Assembly: GCA_044336925.1 (NCBI GenBank)
Contig: JBIIOM010000001.1
Location: forward strand, 1 to 53,529
Length of the DNA stretch: 53,529 bases
Direction: 5' to 3'
Source of the DNA: Pirellulales bacterium
GTDB taxonomy: Bacteria; Planctomycetota; Planctomycetia; Pirellulales; UBA1268
Part shown: positions 9,061 to 17,667 of the stretch, piece by piece
How positions within the stretch are numbered: the stretch's first letter is position 1
How the letters are laid out: the number at the start of each line of letters is the position of its first letter
Program-made: the position numbers and the translations under genes
The notes under the pieces: generated by a model
What the model was told of the DNA's origin: nothing
Seen by the model: only the letters and a program-made list of their open reading frames with translations
Databases searched by the model: none

Positions 9061-10553
9061 TGCGAGGCTTTCCGCTCCGGCCAGACGGCGATGCACAGCC
9101 CTCCCAGACGACCGAGTCATGGGATGTGTGGCTCGTGGGCTGCCTCTGCGCCGGCGCGGTGCTGCGGGTGCTGGCGTCGCTCAACGATCTGTGGCTCGAC
9201 GAGATCTGGACGCTCTGGATGCTCGGCCAGGAAGTCAAGGAGCCGCTCGATCTCGTCCGTGGTGCGATGCGGCACGACAACAATCATCTCCTGAACTCCG
9301 CCTGGTTGTATGCCCTTGGGCCGCATCGGCCGAGCATCGTCTATCGGCTGCCCGCGATCCTGGCCGGCGTTGCCGCGATCGCGATCGCCTGGGCGATCGG
9401 CCGGCAGCGATCCCGCGCGGCGGCCCGCCTGGCCGCCGTCGCGTTTGCGATCAGTTACCTGCTCGTCAACTGCCAGTCCGAGGCGCGGGGATATGGGATG
9501 CTGTCGGCATGCGTGCTTGCGGGGCAGTGGGCGATGCAGGCGAGGTTCTTCCGGGGCCACGGCGAAGCGGTGCCGGCGGCGGAAGGCGTCCCCGTTCATG
9601 CAGCCTGGTTCAACGTGGCCTGCCTGGTCGGGTTCGTGTCGCACGCGACGTTCGTCCTCTGGTATCTCGCGGCCCTGCCTTGGACAGCCGTGAAGATCGC
9701 CGCCGCACAGGGGTCGGTCGCGCGGAAGTGTGGAGCACTCGCGGCGTGGCACGCCCTGCCGCTGGCCACCTTGGCCACGGTCTATCTCGGCTTCTACAGA
9801 GGCATGACGATCGGGGGCGGGCCCGAGTCGTCGCTCTTCGCCACCGTCTGCCAGACGCTTTCGCTCCTCGCCGGAGGCCCGGCAGGGCTGCCCGGCTCCC
9901 TGATCGTCGCCGGCTGCGTCGCGACGATTGGCATCATGTGCCTCGTGCAGGCGGCCCGGCGGGCGGCCGACGAGGCGGTCTTTTTCCTGCTCGCCATCCT
10001 GGTCGTGCCGGCCGCCGTTCTGGCCGTCGCTCCAATCGCGCACTATGCGATCCGCTATCTGCTCGTGCCGTCGATCATCCTGCTCATGCTGATCACCCGC
10101 GAACTGCCGGAACTCTGCCGCGGCTCGCGGCTGCTCCGCGGCGTCGTCGTGGCCTTCGCGGTCGCCGCGGCGGGCGGCAATCTCGCCCGCGATGCGATGC
10201 TCGTCGCCCGCGGCCGCGGCGGCTATGCCGCCACGCTCGAGTGGATGCGGTCGGCATCGGCGGACCCGCAGGGCGTGATCACCTGCTACAGCAACCACGA
10301 GTTTCGCAATCGCCTGCTCGTCGCCTACCACTCGGCGGCGATTCCCGGAGCTCGCTACAGGCTCTTCGATGCCGGCTCGCTGCCGCCCCACGGCGCCGAG
10401 TGGTATATCCTCTTCGACCCGCGCGAAGGCGGCGTCGGCAAGGAGCGGATCGCCGATCGGCATGGAAACGCCTATCGCCTCCTGCGATCAATGCGGTCGG
10501 GCGGCCTCACCCCTTCGCACTGGCACGTCTATCGCCGCGAGTCGCCCCGCTGA
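9060..10553 (+). CDS. ArnT/GT39-like (PMT_2-type) GT-C membrane protein
   Basis: ATG at 9060 shares one base with the upstream TGA. About 10 TM helices. First-loop acidic motif LWLDEIWTLWM is typical of GT-C enzymes. Short soluble C-terminus. Confidence 0.55.
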   Translation: MRGFPLRPDGDAQPSQTTESWDVWLVGCLCAGAVLRVLASLNDLWLDEIWTLWMLGQEVKEPLDLVRGAMRHDNNHLLNSAWLYALGPHRPSIVYRLPAILAGVAAIAIAWAIGRQRSRAAARLAAVAFAISYLLVNCQSEARGYGMLSACVLAGQWAMQARFFRGHGEAVPAAEGVPVHAAWFNVACLVGFVSHATFVLWYLAALPWTAVKIAAAQGSVARKCGALAAWHALPLATLATVYLGFYRGMTIGGGPESSLFATVCQTLSLLAGGPAGLPGSLIVAGCVATIGIMCLVQAARRAADEAVFFLLAILVVPAAVLAVAPIAHYAIRYLLVPSIILLMLITRELPELCRGSRLLRGVVVAFAVAAAGGNLARDAMLVARGRGGYAATLEWMRSASADPQGVITCYSNHEFRNRLLVAYHSAAIPGARYRLFDAGSLPPHGAEWYILFDPREGGVGKERIADRHGNAYRLLRSMRSGGLTPSHWHVYRRESPR

Positions 10554-10566
10554 AGGAGCCGGTTTG

Positions 10567-12504
10567 GTGCCGAATCCCACCCATGATCCCTCGCTTCGGG
10601 CTCCATCGCGCGCCCGCAGCGTCGCCGTGCCGCTTTTGATCGCGGTCTTGGCAGTGGTCGCCCACGGCCGCGGCGTGTGGAACGGATTCATCTGGGACGA
10701 CGACGCCTACGTGACGGCCAACGAGACGCTGCGGTCTGGCGACGGGCTGCGGCGGATCTGGCTGGAGCCGCGGTCGATCCCGCAGTATTACCCGCTCGTC
10801 CACACCACCTACTGGGTCGAGTATCGCTGCTGGGGGCTCGAGCCGGCCGGCTACCACGCCGTCAACGTGCTCCTGCACGCAGCCACGGCCGCGCTGCTCT
10901 TCCGCGTGTTTCTCCAGGTCGGGCTTCCCGTTCCCTGGCTGGCCGCAGCCCTCTTCGCCGTGCACCCTCTCGGCGTGGAATCAGTCGGCTGGGTGACGGA
11001 GCGGAAGAACACGCTGTCGTTGTTCCTGGCGGTGGCTGCGGCAGGGGCCTGGTTTCGGTGGCGGCTCGGTGTCAACGGAGAAGGCGGCAAGCCGCAATGG
11101 CTCGCTCTGGCCGTCGCGCTCTTCACGCTCGCGATGCTCGCCAAAACGGTGGCGGCGATGCTCGTGCCGATGCTGCTTGTCGCCATGTGGTGGAAAACCG
11201 GCCGGCTCGGCCGGCGCGACCTCGTCGGGGTGGCTCCGCTGGTGGCCGTCGGGCTGCCGCTGGCGGGCTTCACCGTGTGGCTCGAAAAACACCACGTGGG
11301 CGCCGACGACGTGGAGTGGCGGCTCTCCCCGGCGGGGCGGCTCGTGCTGGCGGGCCGGGCAGCCTGCTTCTATGCCCAGAAGCTGGTGTGGCCCTGGCCG
11401 CTCGCGTTTTTCTACGACCGCTGGCGGATCGATCCCGCGCAGCCGGCGCAATGGATCTTTCCGGTCGGGGTCGCGGCGACCGTGGCCGGTGCGTGGTGGC
11501 AGCGGAGGCGGATCGGCCGCGGCCCGGTGGCGGCGCTGCTCGCCTTTCTCGCGGGGCTGTTCCCGGCGCTCGGCTTTTTCGACGTCTTTCCCTTCAAGTA
11601 TTCTTTCGTGGCCGACCACTTCGCCTATCACGCGCTGCCCGTGGGGCTCGCGGCCGCGGCCGCCGGGCTGGCGGTGCTCTGCGGCCGGGCAGGCATCCCG
11701 CTCGCCGTGCCGGCGGCCGGGCTGATCGCGATCCTCCTCGCGGCGACATGTGCCCGCACCGGAGTGTTCTCGAGCCAGGAGACGCTCTATCGCGACACGC
11801 TCGCGAAGAATCCGTCGTGCAGCATCGCCGCCAACAATCTCGGCGCGTTCTATCTCGACACCGATCGCCCGCGCGAAGCGATCGAACTGCTCGCCAGGGG
11901 GGCGGCCAATGCGATTTTTTCCGACGAGCGTTCGCGGAGCCTCGCCAATCTCGCGCAGGCTTTTCTGCGGCTCGACGAGCCCGGTCGGGCCTACGAGGCC
12001 GCCGCAGCCGCCCGTGCGGCTCGTGATTCAAGGCGCACCCGCGGGATACTGGCTCGGGCATGCGTCCGCGCCGGCAAGCTCGATGAGGCGGATGCCGTGA
12101 TCGCTGCTGCCAGGCCCGATGAGGGAGTCGGATCGGACATGCTGCTCACCCGCGGCGAGCTGGCTCTGGCCCGGGGAGATCGCGCCGCCGCCGCTACGCT
12201 CTTCCAGGCCTGCCTCGACGGCTGCGACGGACGGGCCCGGCTCAACGCGATGCTGGAAATCGCCGTCGCCTACCTCGAGCGGGATTTGATCGCAGAGGCC
12301 GAGTGGCTGCTGGCGGCCATGGCACCGGGGGCGACAGCAGCTCGGGGCTGGATGAACGTGGCGGTCGCCTACGCGCGGCGAAACGAGTTTCCGGCTGCGA
12401 TCGAGGCCTGCGAGCAGGCGGCGACGCTCGACCCGGCATCGGGCGAGATCGCCTCACTGCTCGGCAGATTGCGTGCAGCGGCGAGCGGGGCGGCCCGGCC
12501 CTGA
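10567..12504 (+). CDS. TMTC-like GT-C membrane protein with C-terminal TPR domain (paralogue T2)
   Basis: GTG at 10567 (or TTG at 10564) lies 8 nt after an AAGGAG Shine-Dalgarno at 10553-10558. Motifs: GFIWDDDAYVTAN, GYHAVNVLLHAAT, VHPLGVESVGWVTERKN, LAKT, FVADHFAY. C-terminal TPR repeats. Confidence 0.75.
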   Translation: MPNPTHDPSLRAPSRARSVAVPLLIAVLAVVAHGRGVWNGFIWDDDAYVTANETLRSGDGLRRIWLEPRSIPQYYPLVHTTYWVEYRCWGLEPAGYHAVNVLLHAATAALLFRVFLQVGLPVPWLAAALFAVHPLGVESVGWVTERKNTLSLFLAVAAAGAWFRWRLGVNGEGGKPQWLALAVALFTLAMLAKTVAAMLVPMLLVAMWWKTGRLGRRDLVGVAPLVAVGLPLAGFTVWLEKHHVGADDVEWRLSPAGRLVLAGRAACFYAQKLVWPWPLAFFYDRWRIDPAQPAQWIFPVGVAATVAGAWWQRRRIGRGPVAALLAFLAGLFPALGFFDVFPFKYSFVADHFAYHALPVGLAAAAAGLAVLCGRAGIPLAVPAAGLIAILLAATCARTGVFSSQETLYRDTLAKNPSCSIAANNLGAFYLDTDRPREAIELLARGAANAIFSDERSRSLANLAQAFLRLDEPGRAYEAAAAARAARDSRRTRGILARACVRAGKLDEADAVIAAARPDEGVGSDMLLTRGELALARGDRAAAATLFQACLDGCDGRARLNAMLEIAVAYLERDLIAEAEWLLAAMAPGATAARGWMNVAVAYARRNEFPAAIEACEQAATLDPASGEIASLLGRLRAAASGAARP

Positions 12505-12537
12505 CCGTGAAGCAGTGGCCGGCGGCCGGAAAGTCGA

Positions 12538-12570
12538 GGTTTCTCGGCGGAAAACCCCCTTTTTGTTTTT
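12538..12570 (+). terminator. possible weak intrinsic terminator after the plus-strand GT-C operon
   Basis: A 5-bp stem (GGTTT...AAACC) is followed by CCCTTTTTGTTTTT. This T-rich run stands out in otherwise high-GC DNA and begins about 55 nt after the stop at 12504. Confidence 0.3.
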
Positions 12571-12692
12571 CACACAAATCTCATGGCAGGCTGATTGCAT
12601 CCTCATGCTTCGCGCGTAGCATTCGGCCCAGCAAGCGGATTGGTGGATCGACCGCCGGGCGACTTGCAACATGTGCATGAAAAGGATTTGCA

Positions 12693-13928
12693 ATGACTCA
12701 CACGAGTTTCCTCAACGCTCGGAAGGGCTTCACGCTCGTCGAGCTGCTGGTGACGATCGCGATCATCGGCATCCTGCTTGGGCTCCTCCTGCCCAATCTG
12801 GCTGCCGTGCAATCGACCGCGAAGGCTGGTGCCCAGGCCGCGACGCTGCAGTCGTTCGGCAAGGCGTTTATCGACTTCTCCACGCTCGACGGCCAGGGCC
12901 GTCTGTCGTCGAGTGCCTTCGACCACTATCGTGACGGCGACGCCACGAAGGTGGGCTGGGTGGCCGACATCGTGAACAACAAGTTCGGCAACCCGAACAA
13001 GTCGCTCGATCCGGTCAACCGGCTGAAGATCAACGAGAAGTTCACCGACCTGGCTGGCACCTCCAGCTCGGGCTCGCTGAACAACTACCGCTGGCGGAGC
13101 ACGGTCACCAACCGGCCGTCGGACGGCGCGATCGTGGGCGACGTGACGAGCATCCGCGGCACGGCCTACTTCGGCACTGCCCAGACCGTGTGGGATGACG
13201 GCTACAACAGCAACTTCTGCACGACCTGGCACTTCAGCCGCGGTGACAACAACATCAGCGGCGCGGATAACTACTCCGTCAACTCGAGCGGACTCGATGG
13301 TGAAAAGAGCCCGCTCGACGGCGACGGCCCGCTTAACGGGGCGATGCTCGGCGATCCCACGATGCTGACCACGGCCGACAAGGTTGGCCTCATGGGCGCC
13401 TCGCGGGCCGGCGACAGCGGCGACTCGACGATCGCGTCGAGCGGCAACAACACCGCCGAGAGCATCAACCGCTTCGTCGACCCGTCGGGTCGGCGGGTGG
13501 TGGCGAAGGTCGGTGACTTCACGGTCGAGTCGTTCACCGACGGCCCCGCGGCGTCGCGGAACCTCACCGCGAATCAGGGTGGTGTGTACGAGGGCACGAC
13601 GAACGCTCAGGTTCACGAGCTCAACGACATCATCCCGAACTGCAAGGCCAAGAAGATCAACACCGCCTTCGGCACGTTGATCGGCGGCGGCTATGCCAAC
13701 CTTGTCTTCGCCGACGGCTCCTGCCGCCGCGTGAACGACAACAACGGCTACGGCGGTGCCAACAAGGGTGACAGCTGGATCGGTCCCTTCCCGACCAATC
13801 CGCAGGCCACCACGGCTTCTGGCCGCACGTTCCAGCTGAACGACGGCGCGTATGACGAGATCAAGGACGAGCTTTATGCCGGCCGTCTCCGTACGCTCCT
13901 GACCGCTGGTGGCGGTTCGCAGGACTGA
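12693..13928 (+). CDS. DUF1559 protein with prepilin-type N-terminal cleavage/methylation domain (type II pseudopilin-like)
   Basis: N-terminus [24 protein letters not shown] is a class III signal (G|FTLVE). C-terminal H-X9-DG-like region GGYANLVFADGSCRRV. This family is highly expanded in Planctomycetes. Confidence 0.85.
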   Translation: MTHTSFLNARKGFTLVELLVTIAIIGILLGLLLPNLAAVQSTAKAGAQAATLQSFGKAFIDFSTLDGQGRLSSSAFDHYRDGDATKVGWVADIVNNKFGNPNKSLDPVNRLKINEKFTDLAGTSSSGSLNNYRWRSTVTNRPSDGAIVGDVTSIRGTAYFGTAQTVWDDGYNSNFCTTWHFSRGDNNISGADNYSVNSSGLDGEKSPLDGDGPLNGAMLGDPTMLTTADKVGLMGASRAGDSGDSTIASSGNNTAESINRFVDPSGRRVVAKVGDFTVESFTDGPAASRNLTANQGGVYEGTTNAQVHELNDIIPNCKAKKINTAFGTLIGGGYANLVFADGSCRRVNDNNGYGGANKGDSWIGPFPTNPQATTASGRTFQLNDGAYDEIKDELYAGRLRTLLTAGGGSQD

Positions 13929-13961
13929 GTGGAGCCCAACGTCAGCACGTCTGACACGAGA

Positions 13962-14001
13962 GCCGCGGCCGCCTTCGGGCGGCCGCGGTTTCTTTTTTTT
14001 T
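13962..14001 (+). terminator. Rho-independent terminator
   Basis: GCCGCGGCCGCC-TTCG-GGCGGCCGCGG forms an 11-bp perfect GC stem with a tetraloop. It is followed directly by TTTCTTTTTTTTT, about 34 nt after the stop at 13928. Confidence 0.85.
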
Positions 14002-14111
14002 GATGAGGAGCGGGGGACGTCAGTGAATGCGATCCTGAACGTGGTATCTTTCTCATTCTGATGGGCTATTGGCCGGTTTTCCCGTTCAACGTTTGAGAGG
14101 GCAGGCGACTG

Positions 14112-15569
14112 ATGACGGAAGCATCACGGGCTGACGATGCGAGCCGGCTTGCTAGCGCAGTCAAATCTCCGCTGCCTGCGCGAAAGACCAACTGGTGGGC
14201 CCTTGCCGTCCTCGCCGCCGCGGGGCTCGCGGCGGTCGTTTCGTTAAAGGCCAGGTATCCGGCCAAGCAGCCGGAGAAGCCTTCGCGGCAACAGTGGATC
14301 GAGCTGCACGGCATGGCCGGGCAGTTGCGGGAGCGAGGCCGCGTCAACGAGGCGATCCAGGCCGGAATCGCCGCGGCGGAGCTCGCGCCCAAGGCCTACG
14401 GGCCCGATCACTTCACCGTGGCCGAATCGCTGAATCTGCTCGGCCTCATCTACACCGACGCCGCCCGCTATCAAGAAGCGCTCGGCGCCTATGAGCAGGC
14501 CCTGCCGATTCTCCAGACGATCTTCGGGCCCCAGAGCAAGGAGGTGGCGCTCGCCGGCAGCAACCTCGGGCTCACGCTCATGCGGCTGGGAGAGTATGCC
14601 GAGGCCCGGGCGATCTTCGAAAAGGCGCTCGAGATCACGGAGGCCACGGCGGGGCCAGGCGGCCTCGACACGGCCTCCGCGCTCAACAACCTGGCCGTAC
14701 TGCTCGACACGAGCGGCGATCACGCGGCCGCGAAGCCCGTGCACGAGCGGGCACTCAAGATTCGCCGCGGCGTTTTAGGCCCCGCCGATCCGCGGACGGC
14801 CGAATCGATGACGAACCTCGGCTGGAATATCGCCCAAACGATCGACAAGATGCCCGCCGCCGATCGTGCCAAGAACGAGAAGGAGGCGAAGTCGCTCCTG
14901 CGAACGGCCGATCGACTCTATGGGCAGGCCGTGGCCGTGCGCGGCCGCGTGCTCCCGCCCGACAGCCTCGAACTCGCCGCCACGCTCGCCGGTGCCGCGA
15001 ACGTGGCCCGCGAATCGGGCCAGCTCGATGCCGCGGGTCGGCTGGCCCTCGAGGCGCTGGCGATCCGGCAGGCGAAGCTCGGAGCGAATCATCCGACCAC
15101 GGCGGCCTCGTATGAGACGCTCGCACGGGTGCGGAACGCTGCCGATGAGGTGGACGAGGCCGGCGAGTTTTTTGCCCTGGCCACCGACGTGCGGATGAAG
15201 GCACTGGGGCCGAAACATCCCAAGACGCTCGACTCGCTCGCGACGCTCGCCGACTTCCACGTCGCGAGGAAAAACCATGCGGATGCCGAAAAGCCGCTGC
15301 GGGCGATCATCGAGATTCGCGGGAAGCTCGACGGCGACACTGCCGAGTCGCTCGTGAGGCCGCTCGAACAGCTCGCCGCCGTGCTCGACGCGACCGACCG
15401 TAAGAAGGAAGGGGACGAACTGCGGGGCCGGGCGGCGAAGATCCGTGAGGCGGTAAAAAAAGCCGCAGCGGATGCGAAAGAGGTCGCAGCGGAGGCGAAA
15501 AAGGTCGCAGCGGCACAGAAAGCAGCCGAGGCTGCCGCACAAGAGGCGAAGCCCGCTCCCGCGAAGTAA
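14112..15569 (+). CDS. membrane-anchored TPR_10/TPR_12-type (kinesin-light-chain-like) repeat protein
   Basis: ATG at 14112. One N-terminal TM helix (WWALAVLAAAGLAAVVSL). About eight 42-aa TPR_12-like repeats (for example ESLNLLGLIYTDAARYQEALGAYEQAL). Lys/Ala/Glu-rich C-terminal tail. Confidence 0.8.
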   Translation: MTEASRADDASRLASAVKSPLPARKTNWWALAVLAAAGLAAVVSLKARYPAKQPEKPSRQQWIELHGMAGQLRERGRVNEAIQAGIAAAELAPKAYGPDHFTVAESLNLLGLIYTDAARYQEALGAYEQALPILQTIFGPQSKEVALAGSNLGLTLMRLGEYAEARAIFEKALEITEATAGPGGLDTASALNNLAVLLDTSGDHAAAKPVHERALKIRRGVLGPADPRTAESMTNLGWNIAQTIDKMPAADRAKNEKEAKSLLRTADRLYGQAVAVRGRVLPPDSLELAATLAGAANVARESGQLDAAGRLALEALAIRQAKLGANHPTTAASYETLARVRNAADEVDEAGEFFALATDVRMKALGPKHPKTLDSLATLADFHVARKNHADAEKPLRAIIEIRGKLDGDTAESLVRPLEQLAAVLDATDRKKEGDELRGRAAKIREAVKKAAADAKEVAAEAKKVAAAQKAAEAAAQEAKPAPAK

Positions 15570-15597
15570 AATTGGAGTCTCCTGGAGGACGCCCCAC

Positions 15598-17667
15598 ATG
15601 GCAACGATCACATCCCCCGCGCCGGCCCACACCACATCCCGTGACGTTTTGCCTGAGGGCGTTGATGCGGGGCTGCCTGAGGCCCCCGCCGCCCCGCGTG
15701 GCAGCACGCTCCTGAAGTGGCAGATCGGCGCCACGCTCGTGGGCGGCACGCTCCTGCTCTGCTCCGTGATCGCGCAATTGCTCTGGTCGAAGGAACTCTA
15801 TCCGGCGATCCCCGCGGCGCTCGCCATGCTCATGCTCGGGGCACCGCTCGTCTACGCGGCCGTCCAGGATCTGCTCAAGGGGGAGGCGGGGATGAACGCC
15901 CTCGTCGCCCTTGCCGTGATCGGCGCGGCCGCCACCGGCAAATACCAGGAGAGCGCGGCGATCGCCTTCTTCATGATCGTGTCGGGCCTGATCGAGAAGC
16001 GGACGGCGATCGGGGCCGAGGCGAGCATCGAGTCGCTGATCAAGCTCTCCCCCACGAAGGCCGCCCGGCTCCGCGAGGGGGGCGGCGAGGAGATGGTGGA
16101 GGCGAAGGTGCTGCGGCCGGGCGATCTCGTTCGCGTCCGTCCCGGCGACAATATTCCCGCCGACGGCCGCGTGGTGACAGGCACGAGCACGATCAACCAG
16201 GCGAGCATCACGGGCGAATCGCTGCCGGTGGACAAGATCGCCGGTGACGAGGTGTTTGGCGGCACGATCAACCTGACGGGCGTGATCGACGTCGAGGTGA
16301 CGAAGGCCGGCGCCGACACGCTCCTGGGCCGCGTCAAGGACCTGATTTTGCAGGCCGAAAAGACAAAGACGCCGATCATGCGGCTCGTCGATCAATACGC
16401 CGCGTGGTATACGCCGACCGTGCTCATGCTCGTGGGTGTGGTGCTCTTCTTCGCCCTGCGGAGCGACCCCGACACCGCCTTCGACCGGGCGATCGCGATG
16501 CTCGTGATCGCCTGCCCGAGCGCCTTGATCCTGGCCACGCCGACGGCGATGGTGGCCGGGCTCTCCGCGGCTGCCCGGCTCGGCGTGCTCATCAAGAGCG
16601 TGGTCACGCTCGAGGCCGCCCGGAATCTCACGGCGATCGTGTTCGACAAGACGGGCACGCTCACGACGGGCGTGCTTCAAGTGACGCGGCTGGCGCCCCA
16701 GGAGGGCGTCGAGCCCGGGGACCTCCTGCGGCTTGCCGCCTGTGCCGAGCAGGACAGCCGCCACCCGGTCGCTCGCGCGGTGACCGAGATGGCTCGCAAG
16801 GCAAAGCTCAAGCTCTCGCGGCCGACCGAGTTTGAAGAGGTCGCGGGGAAGGGCGTGCGGGCGGAGATCGACGGCCGGAAGGTGATGGTGGGCCGCGGCA
16901 CGTGGCTCGCCGACAAGGGCAACGGCCTCTCGGCCGCGGGCGTCGCCGCAATCAACGAGATCCAGGCGTCGAGCGAGGCCGACGGGCTGAGCGTGCTCTA
17001 CGTGGTCCGCGACGGCGAACTGGCCGGCTGGATCGGCCTTGAAGACAACGCGCGGCCCGAGGCGGCCGAGGCGGTGGACCGGCTTCGCGATCTCGGTCTC
17101 AAGCGACTCGTGATCTTGACGGGTGATCGCAGGAGTGTGGCGAAGCGGGTGGCCGAGCAGATGCATTTCAGCGAATACAAGGCGGAGGTGCTCCCGCATG
17201 AGAAACTCGAAATGGTGGACGAACTCAAGGCCAAGGGGCACCGCGTGGCCGTGATCGGTGACGGCGTGAACGACGCCCCGGCTCTCGCCGCCGGTGACAT
17301 CTCGATCGCGATGGGCGCCGCCGGGAGCGACGTGGCCATTCACTCGGCTTCAATCGCCCTCATGAACTCGAACCTGAACCGCGTGCCCTTCCTGATTGAA
17401 CTCTCGCGGCGGACGATCTCCGTGATCCGGCAGAACATGATCATCGGCGGGCTCTTTATCCTCGTGTTCATGTCGCTCGCCGGGGCGGGCTACGTGACGC
17501 CCGTGTGGGCGGCGTTTCTGCACATCGTGAGCGGCCTGATCGTGATCTTCAATTCGGCCCGGCTCGTCCGCAGCGGCGAGGAGATCGAGCAGGCGGAGGC
17601 CGATCGGCTCGCGGAGATCGCCCGGCGGAAGGCGCGGACGGCCCGCATCGCCGCGGCGGCGACGTGA
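15598..17667 (+). CDS. P1B-type (heavy-metal) P-type ATPase, atypical CPS transmembrane motif, no N-terminal metal-binding domain
   Basis: ATG at 15598 lies 8 nt after GGAGGA. Motifs: TGES, DKTGTLT (GAC at 16645), SRHP, TGD, GDGVNDAPALA. TM motif IACPSALILATPTA (TGC-CCG-AGC at 16513-16521). No GMxCxxC/HMA or His-rich N-terminus. Confidence 0.9.
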   Translation: MATITSPAPAHTTSRDVLPEGVDAGLPEAPAAPRGSTLLKWQIGATLVGGTLLLCSVIAQLLWSKELYPAIPAALAMLMLGAPLVYAAVQDLLKGEAGMNALVALAVIGAAATGKYQESAAIAFFMIVSGLIEKRTAIGAEASIESLIKLSPTKAARLREGGGEEMVEAKVLRPGDLVRVRPGDNIPADGRVVTGTSTINQASITGESLPVDKIAGDEVFGGTINLTGVIDVEVTKAGADTLLGRVKDLILQAEKTKTPIMRLVDQYAAWYTPTVLMLVGVVLFFALRSDPDTAFDRAIAMLVIACPSALILATPTAMVAGLSAAARLGVLIKSVVTLEAARNLTAIVFDKTGTLTTGVLQVTRLAPQEGVEPGDLLRLAACAEQDSRHPVARAVTEMARKAKLKLSRPTEFEEVAGKGVRAEIDGRKVMVGRGTWLADKGNGLSAAGVAAINEIQASSEADGLSVLYVVRDGELAGWIGLEDNARPEAAEAVDRLRDLGLKRLVILTGDRRSVAKRVAEQMHFSEYKAEVLPHEKLEMVDELKAKGHRVAVIGDGVNDAPALAAGDISIAMGAAGSDVAIHSASIALMNSNLNRVPFLIELSRRTISVIRQNMIIGGLFILVFMSLAGAGYVTPVWAAFLHIVSGLIVIFNSARLVRSGEEIEQAEADRLAEIARRKARTARIAAAAT

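Noticed and set aside
6109-9120. A 1003-aa ORF antisense to the YfhO-like B gene.
   Set aside because: Its composition is dominated by Arg, Gly, Pro, Ala and Asp, with no motifs or hydrophobic segments. This is typical of shadow ORFs in high-GC DNA. The sense-strand frame has TM periodicity, family motifs and a paralogue.
10369-10566. Upstream extensions of T2, and similar extensions for 6028-6276, 8829-9059, 15472-15597, 17505-17663, 30251-30364, 44656-45099 and 46362-46700.
   Set aside because: The extensions overlap the preceding gene in another frame and are Arg-rich. Internal starts coincide with stop-start overlaps, Shine-Dalgarno-like motifs, or the onset of signal or TM sequences.
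15598-15800. I looked for an HMA (GMxCxxC) or His-rich metal-binding domain at the ATPase N-terminus.
   Set aside because: None is present. The N-terminus runs straight into TM helices after about 40 residues, so I report this as an atypical feature rather than call a domain.
15307-17343. A 678-aa ORF antisense to the P-type ATPase.
   Set aside because: It is Arg/Gly/His-rich shadow-ORF sequence. The opposite strand carries the complete P-type ATPase motif set (TGES, DKTGT, GDGVNDAP).
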